64,000 nt of DNA from Promethearchaeota archaeon (GTDB lineage Archaea > Asgardarchaeota > Lokiarchaeia > Sigyniarchaeales > SOKP01). Below the pieces are notes generated by a model. It was not told the DNA's origin and searched no databases. It saw nothing but the letters and a program-made list of their open reading frames with translations. Below, in pieces: positions 31,614 through 42,232 of the stretch; position 1 is the stretch's first letter, and each line of letters opens with the position of its first letter. The position numbers and the translations under genes are program-made. Location: the NCBI GenBank assembly GCA_048938895.1, contig JBHLLU010000011.1, forward strand, positions 1 to 64,000, read 5' to 3'.

Positions 31614-32174
31614 TTACTTTAAACATACTAATCCAAAACGGTAAACATGATTAATTGGTGGCCATTCAATAGGGATCTTTAGCTTATTTGTCATTGCCGT
31701 GACATCGATGCCAACAGCTTCCATAGAGTATCTTTTCTTGTCAGGGTATCGACAAGGTTCTCCACTATCATAATTACATCCTTTATCTATTTTATTATTG
31801 CATGTTCGACAGTATCCGTCCCATAAAATAAGCTTTTCTTCAAAATTTGCTTTATAATTTTCGATAAACATATATATTTCTTGCTCTAATTTATCCCTTA
31901 AGAGATTATTCGTGAATAACATATCTCTTATTTCTTTTTCACTTGAGGTAGGATTTTTAGCTTTTTCATTCTTAATATAATTAATAAAATCAAGCTTATA
32001 ATAAATTAGATAAAATCTATTAAAATTCGAGACTTTTTTTTCTAAATACGGAGCCTCGGGTGGACAAGCCCATGAGTGTCTATAGTTGGGACACTTAAAC
32101 TTAGGACTTACACAATAAGTTTGAACTTTTGGGTCAAAAATTATATCTCCTAATTTAATTTCGAGAAATGGCAA
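31614..32174 (-). CDS. DUF2284 family metal-binding protein
   Basis: CPNY...WACPP, GYCRTC, CRYP...RYSMEAVGIDV. Confidence 0.88.
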   Translation of the reverse strand: MPFLEIKLGDIIFDPKVQTYCVSPKFKCPNYRHSWACPPEAPYLEKKVSNFNRFYLIYYKLDFINYIKNEKAKNPTSSEKEIRDMLFTNNLLRDKLEQEIYMFIENYKANFEEKLILWDGYCRTCNNKIDKGCNYDSGEPCRYPDKKRYSMEAVGIDVTAMTNKLKIPIEWPPINHVYRFGLVCLK

Positions 32175-32341
32175 GAGAAATATTAGTTAATGTATTTATA
32201 AGAGTAAAATTTTAGTTATCTAATATTTTTTTCGATTTAGATCTAATATAATTCTTATTAAGTGGAAAATGCAATTTTTTTTAAGAAATAAACAATAAAT
32301 GTGATTATCAAGTCGAAACGTATCAATAGTCAATTCTTTAT

Positions 32342-33019
32342 GTGAATGAAATGAAGTTAAAAAAGATGAAATTAAAACTTAAAAAAGATAAAAAGAACGA
32401 ATTATTAAACGCTGCAAATAAATTCTATACAGAAGTTATAGACGGTTCGTTGTTGCTCCATGAATGTATTAACGATCTTGTCGATGGAAAGATTATTAAA
32501 AAGAAATTAGATAACGTAATTGAATGCGAACATAAAGCTGATATTGCTAAAGAAAATTACATTAATGTCTTGTATAAGGATAAAAGAGCTCTTCCTTTTT
32601 TAGTTGAAGATCGTTATCGAATAATAAAATACCTAGATATTGTCTCAGACAGCTCAGAGGAACTAGCAAGAGGCCTTAGAGTTTTTCCCTTTGAACTTTT
32701 TGATGATTTGAAAAAAGATCTGAAAGTAATGAATGATTTATACCAAGAAACAATTGATACTTTGGTGGATATGGTAAATTTAATGGAGACTGATTTCAAA
32801 ACAGCTTATCAAAAAAGTTTCTATATTGAAACTCTAAAAAGAAGTGCTCGTCAGGCGAAATATAGCATTTTGGAAACATTATATCAAAAACCAGAGAAAG
32901 AAGCTCTCCGGATATATCTTACATCAAAAATTTGTATTAAAATTTTTGATATGATTATTAGAGCAGAAGAAATCAGCGATTTTTTAAGGAGTTTAATTGT
33001 AAAATATCCAAGTAAATAA
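32342..33019 (+). CDS. DUF47/PhoU-like phosphate transport regulator
   Basis: ECEHKAD, PFLVEDR, all-helical; directly upstream of a PiT gene. Confidence 0.88.
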   Translation: MNEMKLKKMKLKLKKDKKNELLNAANKFYTEVIDGSLLLHECINDLVDGKIIKKKLDNVIECEHKADIAKENYINVLYKDKRALPFLVEDRYRIIKYLDIVSDSSEELARGLRVFPFELFDDLKKDLKVMNDLYQETIDTLVDMVNLMETDFKTAYQKSFYIETLKRSARQAKYSILETLYQKPEKEALRIYLTSKICIKIFDMIIRAEEISDFLRSLIVKYPSK

Positions 33020-33048
33020 TAAATTACTTTTAAGGAGAAGAATATGAC

Positions 33049-34035
33049 ATGGATCCTGCTATAATAATGACGATATTTCTGGTTATTTCCATATTAATCG
33101 CAATTGCGATTGGGGCTAATGATGAAACAATGGCACCTCTCTTTGGCTCAAGAATTCTTAACATGAGGCAGATCATTGTCTTAGCAACAATTTTTGCTAT
33201 ATTTGGAGCTTTATTATTAGGAGAGGGTGTGGCTAAATCTGTAGGCGATGATATTCTTGTAACAGATAATTTTGCAGCTAGTGTTGACCATAATGCTGTT
33301 GTCTTAACAATATTAATCTCAACAACGATTTGGTTACTATTAGCTAGTGCTTTAGGTTTGCCAATTTCAACAACTCATGCTACTATAGGGTCAATTATGG
33401 GTTTAGGGATGCTTTTAGGTGGTAGTAATGGTGTGGATTGGGATACAATTCTAGGAATGAGTATGTGGTGGTTATTATCTCCCATAGTAGGTTTTACTAT
33501 AACATATCTTGTTGTTATTCTATTAAATAGGCATAAAATAAAGCATTTGAATGGATTTCAGGATTTTGAAAGATCAGAAAAAAGATATGCTCTTGTAATT
33601 TTCATTGTAATATGTATAACTGCATTTTCAAGATCAGGTAATGATAGTTCAAATGCAGTTGGAATAGTAGTAGGCGTAGGGGAGGATATTAATATAACAG
33701 CATTATTAGTTATGACAGGTATTAGTTTAGCAATTGGTATAATAGTTTTAGGGAGAATAGTTATAAGAAACTTAGGTAGAATGACTGAACTCAGACCAAG
33801 TACAGCTTTTGCAGCACAATTCCCAACAGCTGCAGTTATGCTTATTGGTACTATTCAAAAAATTCCTCTTTCTGGTTCCCATATGCTTGTTGCGTCTTTA
33901 GTAGGATTATCGAAAGCTAGTAAAACTCCTATGAAGAAAGGATTATGGAAAATAATTGCAATCTGGTTATTAACCTTTCCTATTTCAGCTATCCTTGCAA
34001 TTATATTATATTTTCCTATAAGTGTTGGATTTTAA
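33049..34035 (+). CDS. pit: Inorganic phosphate transporter (PiT family)
   Basis: IGAND, GLPISTTHA, GNDSSNA, PLSGSH signatures. Confidence 0.93.
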   Translation: MDPAIIMTIFLVISILIAIAIGANDETMAPLFGSRILNMRQIIVLATIFAIFGALLLGEGVAKSVGDDILVTDNFAASVDHNAVVLTILISTTIWLLLASALGLPISTTHATIGSIMGLGMLLGGSNGVDWDTILGMSMWWLLSPIVGFTITYLVVILLNRHKIKHLNGFQDFERSEKRYALVIFIVICITAFSRSGNDSSNAVGIVVGVGEDINITALLVMTGISLAIGIIVLGRIVIRNLGRMTELRPSTAFAAQFPTAAVMLIGTIQKIPLSGSHMLVASLVGLSKASKTPMKKGLWKIIAIWLLTFPISAILAIILYFPISVGF

Positions 34036-34057
34036 TAAATTTTGATTTTTATTTATT

Positions 34058-35074
34058 CTATATATTTTCAGTATTACAAGGGACTGGAAGATCTTTCATA
34101 GTTAAAAGCCCCGGTCTTGCCTCAATTACTTTAGGAATGAGATTAACGACCATCGCTGAAGTACCTAAATCGCCATGAACTCCGCCAATTATTTTTTGTT
34201 CTAGTCGGGGTATACCTTCAATTATTACACTATCAAATTCTTCATGATCACCTGCATAAGCTATAAAATCTAATGTGATGAATTCTATACCATCCTTTTT
34301 TGCAAAAGCTTTGCTCTGCAAACCACATACATATCCTTTTGGTACGATTTCCCCATAAGATGTAGTAAGTTCATTTTCCAATTCGATTGCCTCAGGTGGT
34401 AATTCAATTATTTCATCATATTCTTTACCAAGTGCTGCTACAATCATTTGAATTGATTGGGTTAATCCAACATGCCCAGTGATTTCTTTCTTCCTTATTT
34501 TTTCATGAAATTCATCTTTGCTTAAACCAGTTCCAATTTTCTTTTGGAAGGGGACTCTTCTTTTTGTGGAATTCATCATTCTTGTCACTTTAATAGATTT
34601 TACACTTTGACATGGTGCCGTTAATACAATTGGGAGTAAATCCATAAGGTAACCAGGATTAATACCAGTTCCTACCACGCTTACACTATTAGATTTCGCA
34701 AGTTCATCAATTTTTTTAGATAATTTGGGATGGCAATGAAATGGAAACGATAATTCTTCACAAATAGAAATTACATTAATTCCAGATTTAACCGCACTTT
34801 TGATGGTAGGGATTATTTTTTCTAAAGAGGAAGATGTTGCGATTATAGCAACATCAACCTTTTCTTTCAAAAGGAAAGTATCTAGATCATCCCTTATAAT
34901 CAAATCATTTTCCTTTCCATTATCTAAAAATTTGCTAATTTTTTTACCGATAAGTTCTGGATTAATATCAAAGATTCCTCTCAATTCAAGATTTTTCCGT
35001 TTAAGCAGAAGAGTTGTGATAATTCTGCCCATAGGACCAAATCCAACTTGTATAACATCAAATCTTTTATTCAT
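34058..35074 (-). CDS. NAD(P)-dependent amine dehydrogenase (2,4-diaminopentanoate dehydrogenase/DapB-like)
   Basis: VGFGPMG, NVISICEEL, GTGINPGYLMD, GGVHGDLGT. Confidence 0.85.
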   Translation of the reverse strand: MNKRFDVIQVGFGPMGRIITTLLLKRKNLELRGIFDINPELIGKKISKFLDNGKENDLIIRDDLDTFLLKEKVDVAIIATSSSLEKIIPTIKSAVKSGINVISICEELSFPFHCHPKLSKKIDELAKSNSVSVVGTGINPGYLMDLLPIVLTAPCQSVKSIKVTRMMNSTKRRVPFQKKIGTGLSKDEFHEKIRKKEITGHVGLTQSIQMIVAALGKEYDEIIELPPEAIELENELTTSYGEIVPKGYVCGLQSKAFAKKDGIEFITLDFIAYAGDHEEFDSVIIEGIPRLEQKIIGGVHGDLGTSAMVVNLIPKVIEARPGLLTMKDLPVPCNTENI

Positions 35075-35147
35075 TTATTCTCCCTTTTTATAAGGCTATT
35101 TATTTAATATTTAAAATATGAATCTTTCTTTATCTTTTTTGATTTAA

Positions 35148-36485
35148 TTAAAACTTTGATTGGGAGACAGGTTGAGAAATCTCTTCAAGGATTTCTTGTA
35201 TTTTCATTAAATGATCGCGAGTATGAGCCATAGATAGCGATCCCAATCCATGTAATCCAGAGATACCACGATTAAAAAGGGATAATTGAAGTAAAGCTTC
35301 TCTTTTCTTGTCTTTATATGCAAATATATCTTTTATCGAAGGATCCTCAATTGGTTTCGATAGTGCGTGAAGCATTATCATAGATTTATGACCAATAGCA
35401 ATAATCTGTGATTTTTCTTCTTGAAAGATTGTATTTAGAGAATCGATTAATTTATTTCCTTCTTTATTTATCCTTTCATATTCATGGTAAGAATTTTTTA
35501 ATATTTCCAGAGTTTTTAATCCAGCAATCATACTAAGGGGATATCCAGAAAATGTTCCTCCCCCAATTAAAACTTGATTCTCTATATCAGGTCTAGATTG
35601 ATCAATAATATCACTTCTCCCCCCAATTGCTCCAATTGGCATACCTCCTCCAATAATTTTTCCCATAGTAGTCAAATCAGGCATTATCCCGATTTCATTT
35701 TGAAAAAGGCCATCTCTAAATCGATATCCTGTAATGATTTCATCAAAGATTAAAAGGATTCCGAAATGTTCACACTCTTCCTTTAATCTCTTGAGAAACT
35801 CTAATTCTACAGGAAATCCTCCGCCACCACCTAAAACAGGTTCAAGAATTACAGCTGCTAAGGACTCACCATTTTTTTTAATTATATCGAATGCATTTTC
35901 ATCATTGATTTGAAATGTAACTATCCCCGCTTGTTCTGCATTAGGAAGACCTGGTGAAACTTGACCGTTAGCTAAAGAACCAACAGCATATGACAAAGTA
36001 TCATTTGCCCCATGCCATCCTAATTTAGCTTTTGCAATTAATTTTCTCTTAGTAAAAGCTCTAGCTAATCGTGAAGCATACATTGTCGCTTCAGTCCCTG
36101 ATACACAAAATCTTACTTTCTCGATTCCTGGATTACCCTGAACAATTGTATTCGCTAGTTTCACTTGATATTCTGTATTTGTTCCAAAATGCCAACCATT
36201 TTCTAAAAATTTCTTTAATATTTTTTGGATTTCAGGAGGATTATGCCCTAAAATCATAGCAAAATGACCATTCCAGCAATCTATATACTTATTATCATCT
36301 AAATCTATTAAATACGCGCCATCACTAGACTTAATAAAGACAGGAAAACCACCTATTAAGGGTAACCCAAATGTTCTAATATTGTGAGATATCCCTCCAG
36401 GTAACACTTTAAGTGCTTTTTGCCAAAGATCTTTTGATTTTGGCCTATTCTTCTGAAATCTATCCAATTCTTGTTTAACAAACAA
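35148..36485 (-). CDS. Class III PLP aminotransferase (glutamate-1-semialdehyde aminomutase-like)
   Basis: SGTEA, FDEIITGYR, TTMGKIIGGGMP, GGTFSG. Confidence 0.9.
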   Translation of the reverse strand: MFVKQELDRFQKNRPKSKDLWQKALKVLPGGISHNIRTFGLPLIGGFPVFIKSSDGAYLIDLDDNKYIDCWNGHFAMILGHNPPEIQKILKKFLENGWHFGTNTEYQVKLANTIVQGNPGIEKVRFCVSGTEATMYASRLARAFTKRKLIAKAKLGWHGANDTLSYAVGSLANGQVSPGLPNAEQAGIVTFQINDENAFDIIKKNGESLAAVILEPVLGGGGGFPVELEFLKRLKEECEHFGILLIFDEIITGYRFRDGLFQNEIGIMPDLTTMGKIIGGGMPIGAIGGRSDIIDQSRPDIENQVLIGGGTFSGYPLSMIAGLKTLEILKNSYHEYERINKEGNKLIDSLNTIFQEEKSQIIAIGHKSMIMLHALSKPIEDPSIKDIFAYKDKKREALLQLSLFNRGISGLHGLGSLSMAHTRDHLMKIQEILEEISQPVSQSKF

Positions 36486-36676
36486 CTAAAGAACCTTCCC
36501 TTTGTTTATAATTACCCTAATTTTTGATAATTTAATATTTTAGTGATTGCCTTTTTACTATATTAAATCAATTCAAATTTTACTATTTTTTATAGTAATT
36601 TGAAGCCCAAAAGAAAACTCAAAATATTTCTACAAAATAAAAATAATTCATGAAAGTTTATATGTGAACTTAATTA

Positions 36677-37246
36677 ATGTTAGTTAAGATTATGGAGAGT
36701 GAAAAAACGGAAATTATTGATTTCTCAGGGGAAAAATTTCATAATTTTACAATGCCATGTTGGATTGTAATGATTCTTGTTCCAGTTTTAGCTATCTTAG
36801 ATACATATTTAATGATTAGATTCCCAGAATCTCCACTTGCTATATTGTTGAGTTTATCTCTAATAGGTATCTTTATTATCTATTATTATTATGTGGCTAC
36901 TAAGTCTCCAGGAAAACTTAGGAAAGTTTCAATTTCATATGATGAAATTGTATTTGAATTACCTCATAGACCTCAATATACTATTTTTTGGTCTGAATGT
37001 GAAAAGATCGAAATTAAGTTAAAAAAGCTTGGGTTAAAACCATTCGACGTATACCATTTTCGTTTTATTAATGATAAGGCAGATAAAAAAATTATTTTAA
37101 GTTTAAATGATTTCCATAAATCGAAAATAACAGATATCTTGAAAATAATAAAGGAACACGCATATATAATGAATAAAGAATTCTCTGCTATAAAGGAATC
37201 TGAAGTATCAGGAGTGCACTTTATTGAGGATTTAGAGATTAATTAA
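36677..37246 (+). CDS. Two-TM membrane protein with PH-like soluble domain
   Basis: Two hydrophobic helices followed by a TIFWSECEKIEI beta-rich segment. Confidence 0.6.
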   Translation: MLVKIMESEKTEIIDFSGEKFHNFTMPCWIVMILVPVLAILDTYLMIRFPESPLAILLSLSLIGIFIIYYYYVATKSPGKLRKVSISYDEIVFELPHRPQYTIFWSECEKIEIKLKKLGLKPFDVYHFRFINDKADKKIILSLNDFHKSKITDILKIIKEHAYIMNKEFSAIKESEVSGVHFIEDLEIN

Positions 37247-37256
37247 TCTTTCCTAT

Positions 37257-38585
37257 CTAATTTTTAGCACCACACATCGGGCAATTACTAGTATTTTGGA
37301 GAGTTGCGCCACATATTTTACATAGAGTAATTGTTGCTGCTCCTCTTTTTCTTGGAGGATTAAGAGAAGTAATCGAGACAGAGGGTTGAGTTTCTATTTG
37401 TACTGGTTTGCTGATTTCCGTTGCAAGATTATCTTTTTTTAACTTAATTTCAATTTCTTTACCAAAAAATCCACCAACCTTTACCTTTTTTGTAGGTTCT
37501 ATATAAGGAGTAGGAGGTTTTAATTGATCAATACTAATTTCTTCATCAATTTGTTCCATTTCTACTGATGATTCTTCCTCAAATGGTTCTTGTGCTTCCT
37601 CAACCTCTATTTCTTCTGGTTCTGTGGGAATATCTTCTTCTGTTTCAAGTTCAGGATATTCTTCTTCTAATTCTTCTTCATATACCATATTTACAAATTC
37701 TTCATCTAATTTCAATAATGTTTCGCATTGAGGACATCGGTATATATGCTTAAATCCGATATTCTTAGCAAGTGAATACTTTGCAGCACAACAACTGTGA
37801 AATTTAGCACTACAATTAAAACACTTATGGATTTCATCTGAATGAGCTTCACAAATGGGACATAATTCCTGTTCACAAATTGTACATATTTCTTCGTCAT
37901 CTGGTGAAAGACTTATAAGATCGACAGCTAAACGTTCGTAGAAAACCTTATCTTCTATTAATATATTTTCTATTTCATCGGTTTTAAGCACTTTAAATTC
38001 CTTTTTATTTTGAATTAATGAACCTAGAATATTTTGCAGGAGTTTTTCATCCTGACAATAGAACATACCTCCATGTGTTTCACTCGAAATTACCTTTAAT
38101 TTAACATCATCCTCATAGAATTTCTCGTTTCCAACTCGAATAATATCAATAAAGGCGGAAAATTTCTTTGCTTTAATCAATAAATCATATAGGGCATTAT
38201 AGTAATCTTCAGCTAATTTACTTGGGGTATCAGAAATTATTATTACTCGATAATTTTTCCTTGCATCTCTACTTTTTCTAAAGATATAGGCCAATATTTC
38301 ATACAATCCATTTTCCAAATAACTTTGTTCTGTTTCTCTTGTTTCCCAAGAATTATTGATTGTATTTAATACTGCTTCTGAATCTTTTATATCGTATTCA
38401 TTTACGGGATTCTCATTTTTTTGAAAGATAACTACACCATAAGAGCTTAAAGCATTAAATTTATCTTTTTCTTTAATAAATGCACCGATAGCTTTCATCA
38501 AAGACTTCTTTTTAAGAAAATCTGATATGATATCTATAAAAAAGATAAATTCCTCCGAATTAATTGAATCCGAACTGGTTAGCAT
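37257..38585 (-). CDS. vWA-like + RING-like Zn finger + acidic linker + zinc ribbon protein
   Basis: FIFFID, RVIIISD, FIDIIRVG, ISSETHGGMFY; CTIC..CPIC..CFNCxxxFHxCC..CPQC; C-terminal CKICG..CPMCG. Confidence 0.75.
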   Translation of the reverse strand: MLTSSDSINSEEFIFFIDIISDFLKKKSLMKAIGAFIKEKDKFNALSSYGVVIFQKNENPVNEYDIKDSEAVLNTINNSWETRETEQSYLENGLYEILAYIFRKSRDARKNYRVIIISDTPSKLAEDYYNALYDLLIKAKKFSAFIDIIRVGNEKFYEDDVKLKVISSETHGGMFYCQDEKLLQNILGSLIQNKKEFKVLKTDEIENILIEDKVFYERLAVDLISLSPDDEEICTICEQELCPICEAHSDEIHKCFNCSAKFHSCCAAKYSLAKNIGFKHIYRCPQCETLLKLDEEFVNMVYEEELEEEYPELETEEDIPTEPEEIEVEEAQEPFEEESSVEMEQIDEEISIDQLKPPTPYIEPTKKVKVGGFFGKEIEIKLKKDNLATEISKPVQIETQPSVSITSLNPPRKRGAATITLCKICGATLQNTSNCPMCGAKN

Positions 38586-38738
38586 CTTTATGCTTATTTA
38601 CTATTTGAATCTATGAAAAATATCCTTAAATTATAAAAAAATAATATTAGAAGTTGTATTTATTTTTATTTATTATATTTCTGATTTAGGTAAAATTTCT
38701 ATTTGCAATTATTACTGTCTAAATTTGTTAAAAAAACA

Positions 38739-40112
38739 TTATATTATCCTAAAACCACAATTTGGACATTTAGTTTCTTGGTTGGGATTTATTTGTGTTC
38801 CACATTGCTGACAAATCAAAAAATTAGATTGAGATCTCGTTCTAGAAGACCTTGTATTATTGGAGGAATTTAAAGTTAGAGTTTTTTCTTTTAATTTAGT
38901 GGGATTTGCGTTATTGGATTTGAAAGTAGCTTTAGTAGATATCCTCTCATACACAATTTTATCATTTACTTTTTTAACAGTATATACTTTTCCAAAGAAT
39001 CCACCTATTCTAACTGTTTTAATTGTTTCTCCCTCTGCGTTTACATGGTTACTAAGGGATGTTGAATCTAATTTCTTAATTTCTCTTTGAATGGGAGGAG
39101 CTACAGTTTTTAGGGCTGGTTTTGCTTTTTCAAGTCTTTTAGGAATCTGTTCTAGTACTTCTTTTACCATGAATTCTTTTACTGTTGTCACTTCTACTTC
39201 ACCAGATACTTCAATAATTTCATCCTCATCAATCTTAAGGAGTACATCACATTTTTTATTAGGGCAACGAAAAATGTTAGGGATTCCAATATTATGGTTT
39301 ATAGTGTAATTTGTAATACAACAATTATGAAAACTAGTATTACAATCCTCACAAACTAAGGGAATATCATCAACATTGGTACAAACTGGGCATAGCTCCT
39401 CATTACAGAAATAACATACCAACTTTTCCATAGTTGATTCTGATTTTAATAAGGGTTTCGCTAAATAGTTATAAAAGGAATAATCTTCTTTACTTATCTG
39501 AATCCGATTAGGTTGATCAGTAAAAGTACTAGTAAATTGTTTAGTTTTTACTAATTTTTTTATTGTATCATTGAATTCTTTTTTCTCATGAATGTAAAAT
39601 ATCCCACCCTTGGTATCGCTTGCTAACATATTCAATTTTACGTCATCACTAAAAAATCTTGTATCGCCCTCAGAAATTCTTAGAATATCGATAAAAGTAG
39701 GGAAATTCTTTATTTTTGAAACAAGATTAAATAATGCTTCTTGATAGTCTTCTGATAAATCAGAGGGTGTATCTGTTATAACTATAATTCGATTAAATTT
39801 TGACTTCTTTCTTACTGTTTCTGCGATATAAGAAAAGATATAGAATAGCCCATTTTCAAAGAAACTTTGCTTCCTTGGTCGAAATCTCCAATTTTCTTCA
39901 ATAGAATTTGCAATTATTCCCGCATCTTTCTTATCTGTAATAAATATTGGATTGCCTTCTTCTTGGAAAATGAGAATTGAATAATGTCCCTTTAAGTTAA
40001 CTTTATTTTTTTCATCAATGTAATATTTAATAGCTTTTATTATCTCTTTTTTTTTAAGTAAGTCTTTTGTTAGATCCAAGTAGAAATAGACATCTTCTTT
40101 CATATTCTTCAC
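38739..40112 (-). CDS. vWA-like + RING-like Zn finger + basic linker + zinc ribbon protein (paralog)
   Basis: VYFYLD, RIIVITD, FIDILRI, LASDTKGGIFY; CYFC..CPVC..CEDCxxxFHxCC..CPxxxC; C-terminal CQQCG..CPNCG. Confidence 0.75.
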   Translation of the reverse strand: MKNMKEDVYFYLDLTKDLLKKKEIIKAIKYYIDEKNKVNLKGHYSILIFQEEGNPIFITDKKDAGIIANSIEENWRFRPRKQSFFENGLFYIFSYIAETVRKKSKFNRIIVITDTPSDLSEDYQEALFNLVSKIKNFPTFIDILRISEGDTRFFSDDVKLNMLASDTKGGIFYIHEKKEFNDTIKKLVKTKQFTSTFTDQPNRIQISKEDYSFYNYLAKPLLKSESTMEKLVCYFCNEELCPVCTNVDDIPLVCEDCNTSFHNCCITNYTINHNIGIPNIFRCPNKKCDVLLKIDEDEIIEVSGEVEVTTVKEFMVKEVLEQIPKRLEKAKPALKTVAPPIQREIKKLDSTSLSNHVNAEGETIKTVRIGGFFGKVYTVKKVNDKIVYERISTKATFKSNNANPTKLKEKTLTLNSSNNTRSSRTRSQSNFLICQQCGTQINPNQETKCPNCGFRII

Positions 40113-40257
40113 TTTTCTTTGTAAAAAATCAGTAGAATACTATTATAAATCATAATAGTATAACTTGTTTAAAATTTTTTAGAAAAATAAAAACCTTAAA
40201 ATTTTTTAGAAAAGATTAAGAAAATTATAATATATGTGAAATGATGGTGATAAATGA

Positions 40258-42228
40258 ATGGAGAATTTTTTAAAAAAATTACAGCTTTCTGATAATGCAA
40301 TAAAAATATATACTGAATCCTTGGGTAAAGATCCACTTACGTTTTATGAATTATACTCAATAGTTCAAAATATTTCTCAAAACGCTTTTGAAGATGCCCT
40401 TACTCAATTAATAAATGGAGGGTTACTTATTCAATTGGTGCCAAAAAAGCAGGAGATTTTATTACATTATTTGACTATCCCCCCAATTTTTCCCATAATA
40501 AATTATTACGAGAATATAAATGCAAATTTAATGGGTATAAAAGACTCAATTCAGAAGTTGATAAAACATACCATCAATCAAACGTTTCAGCAAAATGAAA
40601 CAATTCAATTAGATACTATCATAGAATCATTTCAGGACATCAGAAAAGACATTGAAGAAGATACTATTATTCAAAAGCAAGAGGTCGAAGATATTGTAAA
40701 AGGAATGGAAGAATTAAAAAGCTTAACTAAGGATATCTCTGAGTTAGACCAACAAATCAAAATCGTCACCCAAACGAATTTTGCTAATCTCATGAAAAAG
40801 ATTTCGGGAATTAAGTCAGAAATAACCACTGAGATTAATAACCTTGAATTTAAGAAGCACAAGGAAGAAATAATATCTATTATAGATAATAATTTCAAAG
40901 AAAAATTAGATAGACTAGTTCAGGAATTTTCTACTGATTTACATGAAGTAATAGAAGAAAAATTTGAATCAACATCTAAGCCAATAGAAGATTTGATTAA
41001 CGCAACTTTTCAGTATCGTGATGATTTTAAATTAATCCTTCTCAATTTGCTAAGTAATTTTGAAACTAAAATGAATAAAATTCAAGAGACACTTAAAGAA
41101 AATAAAGATCTCCTTTCTGATGAATTGGGTAAACTTAAAATCAAATTACACGAGGACTTAAATCTGGTTGTTCAAAATTCAGTCGATCAAGTTTCAGGAT
41201 TGAATAAACCTGTTGAAAATATTATGAGAGAATATTTTCAGGAAATGAGATCTTCTGATAAAATAACAGTATCAGATATTTGGACTATTAATAGTCTTAC
41301 TAAAATTAATGAAGAAATTCAGAAGTTCATTACCACTTCACAAGAAGAATTAATAATTATTGTACCTCAACTTGAGAGTCATTTGGCTGCTGAACAATTT
41401 GAGAAAATTCCAAGAAGTTTAAAGGTAAGAGTTGCTTCTTCAGAGCCATATACCAATAGCAGTGTTAAAAATTTCCAATCTATCACAAATTTAATGTATA
41501 AAACTCTTGAAAATGAGAATTTAATCCTTTTAAAAGGGGATAATAATCAAATTGCTTTGGGTCTTATTCAAGAAAATGCACAAGATCCATTAAATGATTT
41601 CATTGGAATTGCTAGTAATTTTCCTCCAATTGTTGAATTGCTAAGTCCAATCATTCAACATTTGTGGGAAGAAGCCTATTCTGATTCATTTTATGGTTCA
41701 CAAAAAGTTCAAACACAAGGAGTTAAAAAAATAGAATCAAAAACTTACCAGAAAATAAAGCCAATCACATCTACTCAAATCCAATCCGAAAGGATAGAAT
41801 ATAAGCAAAAAGATATTCTGAAAGACCAACCTCAAGAAAGGAAAGAAGAAATTCATCCTAAACCTCAAAAAATACCTTCTATTTTACCTGATGCTCAAGA
41901 ACAAGTTGATGCAATAAAACAAAAATTACAGGCAAAGCTAGATTTTGTTTCTTCTTCCAAAAGAAAAAAGGGAGATGAAGCAGGGCTTTTAATTAACGCT
42001 GCTTTTAATAATTTGATTAATAAATTAAATAATATTAAAGGGGAGGAGTTCAGTGTGGAGCTCCAAAAGATTGCTGATTTAGTTCTTGAAAAAAGGGGTT
42101 TTTCAGTTACCTTACATAAATTAAGAAGTTTCATTAATCAGTATAGATTTAGTGATCTACTTTTAAGTGAAAGTGATAAAAAACAAATCATTGGAAATAT
42201 TGAAAATTGGAAGGATAAGTTAGTATGA
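40258..42228 (+). CDS. TrmB-like wHTH + long coiled coil + TrmB/PLD-like domain protein
   Basis: N-terminal LQLSDNAIKIY...LINGGLL wHTH; about 250 aa heptad-rich helix; IWTINSLTKI...EELIIIVP. Confidence 0.65.
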   Translation: MENFLKKLQLSDNAIKIYTESLGKDPLTFYELYSIVQNISQNAFEDALTQLINGGLLIQLVPKKQEILLHYLTIPPIFPIINYYENINANLMGIKDSIQKLIKHTINQTFQQNETIQLDTIIESFQDIRKDIEEDTIIQKQEVEDIVKGMEELKSLTKDISELDQQIKIVTQTNFANLMKKISGIKSEITTEINNLEFKKHKEEIISIIDNNFKEKLDRLVQEFSTDLHEVIEEKFESTSKPIEDLINATFQYRDDFKLILLNLLSNFETKMNKIQETLKENKDLLSDELGKLKIKLHEDLNLVVQNSVDQVSGLNKPVENIMREYFQEMRSSDKITVSDIWTINSLTKINEEIQKFITTSQEELIIIVPQLESHLAAEQFEKIPRSLKVRVASSEPYTNSSVKNFQSITNLMYKTLENENLILLKGDNNQIALGLIQENAQDPLNDFIGIASNFPPIVELLSPIIQHLWEEAYSDSFYGSQKVQTQGVKKIESKTYQKIKPITSTQIQSERIEYKQKDILKDQPQERKEEIHPKPQKIPSILPDAQEQVDAIKQKLQAKLDFVSSSKRKKGDEAGLLINAAFNNLINKLNNIKGEEFSVELQKIADLVLEKRGFSVTLHKLRSFINQYRFSDLLLSESDKKQIIGNIENWKDKLV

Positions 42229-42232
42229 GGTA

